Shown one piece after another: positions 48,940 to 64,000 of a DNA stretch of 64,000 bases. Numbering within the stretch: position 1 is the first letter of the stretch; every line of letters starts with the position of its first letter. The position numbers were made by a program, and so were the translations under genes. This DNA is from the human T2T-CHM13v2.0 reference genome, Homo sapiens. Below the pieces are notes generated by a model. The model did not search any database. It had not been told where the DNA came from and worked only from the letters and a program-made list of their open reading frames with translations. The stretch lies in assembly GCF_009914755.1 (NCBI RefSeq), contig NC_060947.1, one strand, 5' to 3'.

Positions 48940-49555
48940 AGACAGAAAGTAGGTATTAGTGGTTGCTCTCCCCACCCCAGTGATAGGGGTGGGGAGAGCT
49001 ATGAGGGGAAATGAGGAGCGACTGCTATTGTGAATGCAATTTATTTTAGAGGTGATGAAAATGATGTAAAACTGATTGTGGTGATGGTTACACAACTGTG
49101 AATTTATGAAAAATCATTAAATTGTGTGGGTGTATTCACTTTAAATGGGTGAATTGTATAGTAGGTAAATTTTATTTCAATAAAGGTGTTACTTTTTTTA
49201 AAAAAGTAAGGACATGTGTAGATTTATTAGGTATTGCAGATTTGCCACCAGAAGTGTTGTAGCAGTTTGCTTTCTCACCATGAACGTATGAGAGTGCCTG
49301 TTTCCTCGCAGCTTCACCAACAGAATATGTTGTCATTTTTTTTTGCCAGTCTGATAGGTGAGAAATTGTGTCTCAGTGTATTTTTACTTTGCATTTCTCT
49401 AATTCTGAGTTTGAACATCTTTTCATATGTTTGAGGATAGTTTTTATATCTTTTGTGTGAATTGTCTGTTTATGTATTTTCCCTATTTTTCTATTGGGTT
49501 TTTGGTTTTATTCTTTCAATTTTTAAGACTTCTTTGTATGTTAGGAATATCAGCC
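48940..49555. mobile_element. Ancient L1M 3' fragments in opposite orientations
   Basis: aaactgattgtggtgatggttacacaactgtgaatt...tcaataaag (+) and gagagtgcctgtttcctc...ctgataggtgagaaat (-). Confidence 0.6.
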
Positions 49556-50239
49556 ATAGTCTGTCAGTATCCACATCCTTAACCATTACACTCCATTGAC
49601 TTCCTGCTCTGGTACTTTATCCACTTAAACCCAATTTTTCTAACTTCTATACTTGTAAATGTCTCAAATACTTAACATAGAATGATTTAAATGTAGTATA
49701 GGCCCTTAAAACCTACTATTTAGGGGCATGTTTCAAGCCATGTTCTCCTGAAGCTCTACCAGTTCTGGGAAAATGGAGGTGGGTAGTACAGCTGGATAGC
49801 CTATTCTGGGAGATTTGGGGAAGTATTTGCTTCTAAGACTCTTTGCTATTTATTTTTCTCTGTAGCCCCAGCCCTACAAAATGAAGAACCTAATATCTCT
49901 CTGTTGCAGTCTGTTCGGCCATCCTTAATGCTATTAAGTAAAGGTGGAATCATAGTTACTGAGGTAGCAAGTCATCTTGCTTTGGTAGTCAGTGTATGGG
50001 GAGGAGCAATAAAGGAATTTCACCATTCTGTTTAACTTCACTCTTCTGGAGCTGCACTGTTGATCAGCATACGAAAAAAGCTATAAAGCTTTTATTTTGT
50101 CTTTTAGCTGTGCCATCTTAAGACCTTGTCCAGCATCCTTAGTATTCTCCCTTTTGGAGTGAGTCTGCCTTATCATTATTATTATTGTTATTGCTATTAT
50201 TGCTTTGCCCTTGACTGCCTTCACCTGCCTTGTCCTTGA

Positions 50240-50334
50240 CAGCTTGGAAGTTTCTTTAAAAAGTAAACATGCAATTACCACATGACACAGTAACTGAATT
50301 TGGGGGCATTTATCCCAGATAAATAAAAACATAT
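50240..50334 (+). mobile_element. Ancient L1M 3' region, left half of the BRAF retrocopy target site
   Basis: gggcatttatcccagataaataaaaacatat joins atccacacaaaactttgtacacaaatg at 63019. Confidence 0.75.
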
Positions 50335-50813
50335 GATAAGATGGCGGTGCTGAGCAGTGGCGGTGGTGGCAGTGCGGAGCCCGGTGAGGCTCTATTCAAC
50401 GGGGACGTGGAGCCTGAAGCCGGCGCTGGCGCCGCGGCCTCTTCGGCTGTGGATCCTGCCATTCCCGTGGAGGTTATCTTCTAAAAATGTAGAAACCAGA
50501 CTTTTAACTTTTAAACCAACAGAAGAGAACAAATGATTAATAAAAATTAATCCCAAAGAAGTGAAGAAAAGAAAGAACCAGTAGGACAAATACCACAAAG
50601 TATGGAATATCAAACAAATAATCAATTAAGTTGACACAGGAACATATAGAGGCCCTATTATACAAATTTGTTGGGGAGCATATTCCACCATCAATATATC
50701 TGGAGGCCTATGAGGAATACACCAGCAAGCTAGATACACTCCAACAAAGAGAACAACAGTTATTGGAATGTCTGGGGAACGGAACTGATTTTTCTGTTTC
50801 TAGCTCTGCATCA

Positions 50814-51548
50814 ATGGACACCGTTAAATCTTCTTCCTCTTTTAGCCTTTCAGTTTTTCTCTTTCAGTTTTTCAAAAAACCTTTATCTCTTTCAGTTTTC
50901 CGAAATCCCATAGATGTGACATGGAGCAACCCCAAGTCACCACAAAAACCTATTGTTAGAGTCTTCCTGCCCAACAAGCAGAGGACAGTGGTACCTGCAA
51001 GGTGTGGAGTTACAGTCGGAGACAGTCTAAAGAAAGCACTGATGATGAGAGGTCTAATCCCAGAGTGCGGTGCTGTTTACAGAATTCAGGATGGAGAGAA
51101 GAAAACAATTGACCAGGACACTGGTGTTTCCTGGCTTACTGGAGAAGAATTGCATGTGGAAGTGTTGGAGAATGTTCCACTTACAACACACAACTTTGTA
51201 CGAAAAACATTTTTCACCTTAGCATTTTGTGACTTTTGTCAAAAGCTGCTTTTCCAGGGTTTCCGCTGTCAAACATGTGGTTATAAATTTCACCAGTGTT
51301 GTAGTACAGTTGTTCCACTGATGTTTGTTAATTATGACCATCTTGATTTGTTGTTTTTCTCCAAGTTCTTTGAACGCCACTCAATACCCCAGGAAGAGGC
51401 CTCCTTAGCAGAGACTGCCCTTACATCTGGATCATCTCCTTCGGCACCCCCCTCAGATTCTACTGGGCCCCAAATTCTCACCAATCTGTCTCCTTCAAAA
51501 TCCACTCCAATTCCACAGCCCTTCCGACCAGCAGATGAAGATCACTGA
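50814..51548 (+). CDS. Residual 244-aa ATG-initiated ORF of the BRAF retrocopy (RBD + C1/CRD)
   Basis: First in-frame ATG at 50814 within ORF 50631..51548. Ends DEDH-TGA. Translation is not demonstrated. Confidence 0.35.
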   Translation: MDTVKSSSSFSLSVFLFQFFKKPLSLSVFRNPIDVTWSNPKSPQKPIVRVFLPNKQRTVVPARCGVTVGDSLKKALMMRGLIPECGAVYRIQDGEKKTIDQDTGVSWLTGEELHVEVLENVPLTTHNFVRKTFFTLAFCDFCQKLLFQGFRCQTCGYKFHQCCSTVVPLMFVNYDHLDLLFFSKFFERHSIPQEEASLAETALTSGSSPSAPPSDSTGPQILTNLSPSKSTPIPQPFRPADEDH

Positions 51549-51707
<159 letters not shown>

Positions 51708-51747
51708 TAACGTGAAAGCCTTACAGAAATCTCCAGGACTTCAGTGA

Positions 51748-52005
<258 letters not shown>

Positions 52006-52175
52006 TGAATATCCTACTCTTCATGGGCTATTCCACAAAGCCACAACTGGCTATTGTCACCCAGTGGTGTTAGGGCTCCAGCTTGTATTACCTTCTCCAT
52101 ATAATTGAGACCAAATCTGAGATGATCAAACTTATAGATATTGCACAACAGACTGCACAGGGCATGGATTACTGA

Positions 52176-52280
<105 letters not shown>

Positions 52281-52283
52281 TGA

Positions 52284-52772
<489 letters not shown>

Positions 52773-53274
52773 TGAAACAAATAAGTGAGAGAGTGCAGGA
52801 GAGTAGAAACAAAAGGAAAATAAATGAACATATGTTTGCTTATATGTTAAATTGAATAAAATATTCTTTTTTTTAAGGTGAACCAAAGAAAACCTGTGTG
52901 GTTAAAGACTAGATATAATTTTTCCCCAAACTAGTATTTCTACTTAACATCACATTTTTAACATCCAAGGATTAAAATACATAGACATTGCTAAAAATTG
53001 GCAGTGCCTCTTCTAGAGGCTTTACTTTCTATTCCGGGTTTGTTTCATTCACTTGGTTATTTTAAGTATTAAACTTCAGTTTTCTCATGCAACTTTTGTT
53101 ACTAGCTATCACATGTCCACTAGGGACTCCAGAAGAAGACCATACCTGTGCCTATGTTTGCAGGTGGGAAGTTGGCAGTAGGTTAACCTGGGTTAGATAA
53201 GGCAAACTGAATAGATCTAATTTAGGAAGTCACTAGAATTTAATAATTCTATTTTTATTCTTAATACTTTTTCT

Positions 53275-53597
53275 TTCTTTCTTTTCTTTTTTTTCTTCTT
53301 TTTTTCTTTTTTGAGACAGAGTCTTGCTCTGTCGCCCTGGCTAGGGTGCAGTGGTGCAATCTCGGCTCACTGCAAGCTCCGCCTCCTGGGTTCATGCCAT
53401 TTTCCCACCTCAGCCTCCAGAGTAGCTGGGACAACAGGCACCCACCACCACGCCCGGCTAATTTTGTTTTTGTATTTTTAGTAGAGATGGGGTTTCACCG
53501 TGGTAGCCAGGATGGTCTCCATCTCCTGACCTTGTGATCTGCTTGCTTAGGCCTCCAAAAGTGCTGGGATTACAGGCATGAGCCACCGCGCCCAGCC
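53275..53597 (-). mobile_element. AluY in the BRAF retrocopy 3'UTR
   Basis: Y-type diagnostics (gcaagctccgcctcc, gccaggatggtctc). Perfect 15-bp TSD cttaatactttttct at 53260-53274 and 53598-53612. Confidence 0.95.
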
Positions 53598-54201
53598 CTT
53601 AATACTTTTTCTATAGTGATTTTACAACAATTTGGAAAATGTGGATAACCTTTATTTCCTTGAAGCAATAAACTAAATTTCTTTTTATAAATTGTGAGTG
53701 CAGGTGACCAAAAATATTGCTGAGGAGTAGCATACTTGACATGAGTAAAATGTCTTAACTTTGGATTTTTAGTGGGAAAATGTTATAAATAGGAATTCCT
53801 TTTAAATAACTTTTTAAAAAATATATTAAGGATGTCTTGCTCATGGAGAAGTCAAATTTCATTGCAAATGCATTGCCCCCTTCACACCCACTTCCTCCAC
53901 TGCAAAAAATCTTCACAGAATTCTGTGAGAACTTTTAGATGTGTTTTTCTTTGAGATAACTCTGGTTTCCAAACACCAGGTAATAGATATTTTAAAGTTC
54001 TCTATTAGATTATTCTTACCTGTTATTATGCATCTTTTAGCAATCACCTTATCATTGTCTCATGAAATTTCGGTCCTCCTTATATTCTTTGCCCAGCAAG
54101 ATTCTACTTATGATGAATGAATGCTATTCTCCTTTTTGCATTCCATAGTATGAAGTATTTGTTAGTGTTCTCTAATACTTATACTTTGTTGTGTAGAAAG
54201 T

Positions 54202-60209
<6,008 letters not shown>

Positions 60210-60335
60210 AGAATACTCATGCACAATACAATACCACAATACAATACCTTTCGGACTTGTAAATGTATGAAAAAGAATGAATAATATTTCTAGAAGGATG
60301 CAGGTCAATATCATGATTATTCTTCTCTTTAAAAT

Positions 60336-60490
60336 AGAGTTTCTCAACCTGAGTGCTATTAACATTTAGGACTAGATAATTCCTTGTTGCAGGCTCTCCT
60401 TGCATTGCTGGATGATTGGCAACATCCCTGCCCTCTACCCACTAGATGACAATAGCACCCCCAAAACTGTCCTGGTTGAGAACCACTGCT
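60336..60490. mobile_element. MER20-like hAT DNA transposon remnant
   Basis: Inverted ends gtttctcaacc ... ggttgagaaccactg with MER20-like core ctctacccactagatg. Confidence 0.7.
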
Positions 60491-60752
60491 CTCTGCAAAA
60501 AGAGAAGATAATGTGTGAAGATGGTTAACATTAGTTTTTAAATCTACATTTGTAATATTTTTGTTCTTAAAAAATATTGTAAGAAAACATATGTCAGTTG
60601 TTCATTTGAGTGATAAAAATATAAGGGTTTGCTGTTTTGTTGAGTCTCATACATTTATAAAATAAAAACTACCATCTATGAGCACTATAATTTTGTGTAT
60701 TAAAAGGGTAATTTTTAAATCAAACCAGCAGGAAGGCTAGACTAAGATGAGG

Positions 60753-61199
60753 TGTTGTGGGCTGAGAAAGACATGTTGAAGTCTTAACACCTGGTACCTG
60801 TGAATGTGACTTTATTTGAATACAGGGTCTTTACAGATGTCATCAAGTCAAGATGAGGTCATACTGTAGTAGGCCGTACTGCAAATCTAATCCCTAGTGT
60901 CCTTAGAGAGATAGAGAGATGTGGACACAGAGACACAGGGAAGACAACCATGTGATGATGGAAGTGGCCACTGGAGTGAGGCCACTACAAGCCAAGGAAC
61001 GCCAAGGATTGCCGGTAACACCAGAAGCCGGGAAGAGGCGAGGAAGGAATCTTCCCTAGAGACTTCAGAGGGACCGTGGCCCTGCCAACACCCTGGTTTC
61101 AGACTTCTGGCCTCCAGAACTATGAGCTAATAAATTTTTGTTGTCTTAAGCCACCCAGTTGCTGGTACTTTGTTAGAGCTGTCCCAGGAAACTATTGCA
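60753..61199 (+). mobile_element. MLT1-type MaLR solo LTR
   Basis: tacctgtgaatgtgactttatttgaa...agatgaggtcatact...cttctggcctccagaactatgag..aataaattt..ttaagccacccagtt. Confidence 0.85.
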
Positions 61200-61444
61200 T
61201 AAAGCTATGCTCCTTTTCCAACTCGCTGCATTGCTGGGAAGGTCTTCATTCTCCTACCAACCAGTGAAAACATTGTCTCAAGCCAACTTGCCTTTGCCAG
61301 CCACAGGGAAGCTCAGGGGCTCTGGCCAGCTAGAGAACAAGGAACCCTGTAGCTTCCCCACTGCTGTGTTGTGTAGTGGTAGAACAAGATGGGAAAACAG
61401 CAGCATTCACAGCAGAGCTGACACTGATTCTGCGAGCTTTGCCA

Positions 61445-61560
61445 AGTGGTACCTCAGTTTACTCATCTGAGCAATGGAACAAAAAGAACAAACCACAGAG
61501 ACATCTGGAGGACAAAATGAGATCATGTATATGAAAAGGACTTACAAATGCAAACTATCA
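61445..61560 (+). mobile_element. MIR remnant
   Basis: cctcagtttactcatctg...gaggacaaaatgagatcatgtatatgaaa. Confidence 0.55.
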
Positions 61561-63009
61561 TTGGCACCAAGCTGTCATTTCACACCTGGACCAAAGAAAA
61601 GACAATTAGCCCCAGAAAAGACAATTAACTTGATACCTTTAGGAAGAAAAAAAAAATCTGTCTTTGAATATAATTACTTTTATACTTGCTTGGGAAATCT
61701 CTATCCAGTCTCAAGAGGGTTAAAAATGAGGAAGGGAGACAGATACACACTGAAAAATGACAGCAAAAATAAAACCAATTAAAGTTTTTATACCATGGTC
61801 CCTAAAAAAAAAGAAAAAAAAAATGACTGTAATGTGATGGTCAGTGTATTCTTACTCTGATTCGGGAAATCAAAAGTAGAAAGCAACAGCAGGTGGGCCT
61901 ATCAAAGATTTGGCCATCTCTCTACTTCATTGTCAGCCTCTTAACTCTATCTTCACTTACTCAATTTGGTTTTGTCATGATTTTTAAATGTAGCCAATGG
62001 TTCAAGATTTTTCCAGTGAACAGACATCTGTATAAATGCTTCCTTGAAGTCAATAAAGAAGAAAATTGTGAAGACTTTAAATTAATGATAATTTAGTTTT
62101 TAAGTACCCACAAATAAATTTTTGAAACATTATCTTTACTTGAAAGTTAGATGTCATCCAGGAAAATCACTCAATAATAATTATGGCAAACCGTTAACCC
62201 CTCATTTGGTTAGCTTAAGATAAGTAATGCCATTATTATTTCAGAATTGTTTCATGACTTTCAGTTTAGTTAAGAAAATAAAAAGGAGCATTTCTCATAT
62301 TTTAAAAAATGAGACTAAGAAAGGAATAAAGAAATGTAACTATTGGAAAATATCAAAGTGTATCATTTTTAAAGCCTTTGGTGGCACTGAAGATATGATT
62401 ATTAGTAATTGTTAGATAGGGTTTTACTCATTCAAAATAGAAGACTAGCAAGCATGTAACTAACAGAGTTTTTAAAAACTTTACTTTGTCTGTGGAATAC
62501 TCTGAAAGTTTGGCCATTTTGAGGCACAAGGTTTATTGATAGAGCTCTTTCTATAATTTCCCAGCATACCTGCCTCACTGTTATCTTCCTTCCATTTTTC
62601 ACTCTCTTTTTCTTCTCAGTGCCATCCTGCCTAGGCTCCCATCATCTGCATCTGATGCCTTTCCTTTCTTTCTTTGCTAGTCTCCTTTGCAGTGGGACAT
62701 GGCTAAGCTCTGTAGAGCTGCCCAAAAACTCATTGTCCCATCCTGTAGCCAGTAAAACATACCTCCAAAGTATCACAGGGTAATTCTACTCTCCCTTCCA
62801 AATTAAGCCCACCAGAAATATTAGTGAAAGGACATTAAAAATGTAACAGGTGACATGTTTAGCTAACATGGATCTGGAGAAATAGGAAGCAGTAGAATTA
62901 AATGTTTCACTTTTAGGTTTAATTGTATTTGTTCTTGGGTTTTGTTTTATGCTGAGTTTTAAATATATTCTCCAAATAAAAACATTATTTTTTCTAACCA
63001 AAAAAAAAG

Positions 63010-63520
63010 AAAACATATATCCACACAAAACTTTGTACACAAATGTTATACTGGCTTTATTCATAGTAGCTAAAAGGTAGGAAAAATCCAGATGCCTTTA
63101 ACAAGTAAATGAATAAGCAAATTACAGTACATTTATACCATGGAATATTACTCAGGAACAAATAGGAGTAAGCTATACATAGATGCAAGTTGGACAATTC
63201 TCAAAGGCATTATACTGAATGAAAAAAAGCCAGTCTCAAAATGTTGCATAGAATAATATTCCATTTATAGATCCTTCTCAAAAAGACAAAATTAAAGTGT
63301 CGAAAAACAGATTAGTGGGTCTCAGGAGTTAAGGGTGGTGATAGGATATGACTACAAAGTAATAGCATGAGGGAGTATTTTGGATACTGTAGCTGTCTTT
63401 TGTCATGATTATGATAGTGTTATATGAGCCTATGCCTGTGTAAAAATTCATGGAACTGTAGACCAAAAATACCATTTTGCTTTATTATAAAAACTGAATT
63501 TAAAATAAATTTAATATAAA
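63010..63520 (+). mobile_element. Ancient L1M 3' end, right half of the BRAF retrocopy target site
   Basis: atccacacaaaactttgtacacaaatg...ccatggaatattactcag...gaatgaaaaaaagccagtctcaaa. Confidence 0.8.
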
Positions 63521-64000
63521 AATACTAACCATGTAGTTAATTAAGTATGGATGCAAATCACTCAAAATAGTGGAATGGAGCTATATAGTGAACCTTAAGT
63601 ATTCAGCAGAGGAATTGGGGATTTGTTCATCAAGTAGTGGTGAGGAAATGAACATTTAAGTTGAGCAGTGAAAAGTCTATTGGGAGTTGATTTATACAAA
63701 TACCACTTTGAAAAGAATGGACGACAGATGGAAAGAAGTGAAACAGAAAACGGGAAATATTCTGTATGAGAGATAATAAACCTCTAAAAGGAAAAGGAGA
63801 GCAAGAAGAGAAAAGGTTTGGTGAGGTCTAGATTTGTTACATGTTATGATAAAATCTACAGGAATTCCTCACTGATTTCACTGGCAGGAAAAAAATGCTT
63901 TGTTAGTAAATTCTTTATTTGAAAGGACCCTTCCTTCCTTCGCTTTGACTAAGAGCCCAACTTTATAAAATTCTAGAACAGCGGGACTTTGTGTATACAT

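Overview
Primate (hominoid-like) genomic DNA dominated by retroelements, with no intact host gene. It holds two recognisable processed pseudogenes. One is a minus-strand PCNP retrocopy (~3147-6410) broken by Alu and L1 insertions. The other is a plus-strand BRAF retrocopy (BRAFP1-like). Its target-site duplication and poly(A) show that it spans 50335-63009, so it copies a long-3'UTR mRNA, and it was later interrupted by an AluY and a full-length L1. Around these lie three full-length young L1PA2/3-type elements (two in tandem, 70 bp apart), two twin-primed 5'-inverted L1s, old L1PB/L1MA elements, a two-LTR MaLR, solo LTRs, Alus, and a probable UTR-only retrocopy. The most unusual signal is a 127-nt insert, resembling ancient L1, exactly at the BRAF exon1/exon2 junction. 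It looks like a fossilised poison (cryptic) exon. The interleaved sharing of variants among the three young L1s is also notable. I see no evidence of a new multi-gene system. Repeat subfamily names and parent-gene comparisons come from recalled consensus sequences, not from a database search.
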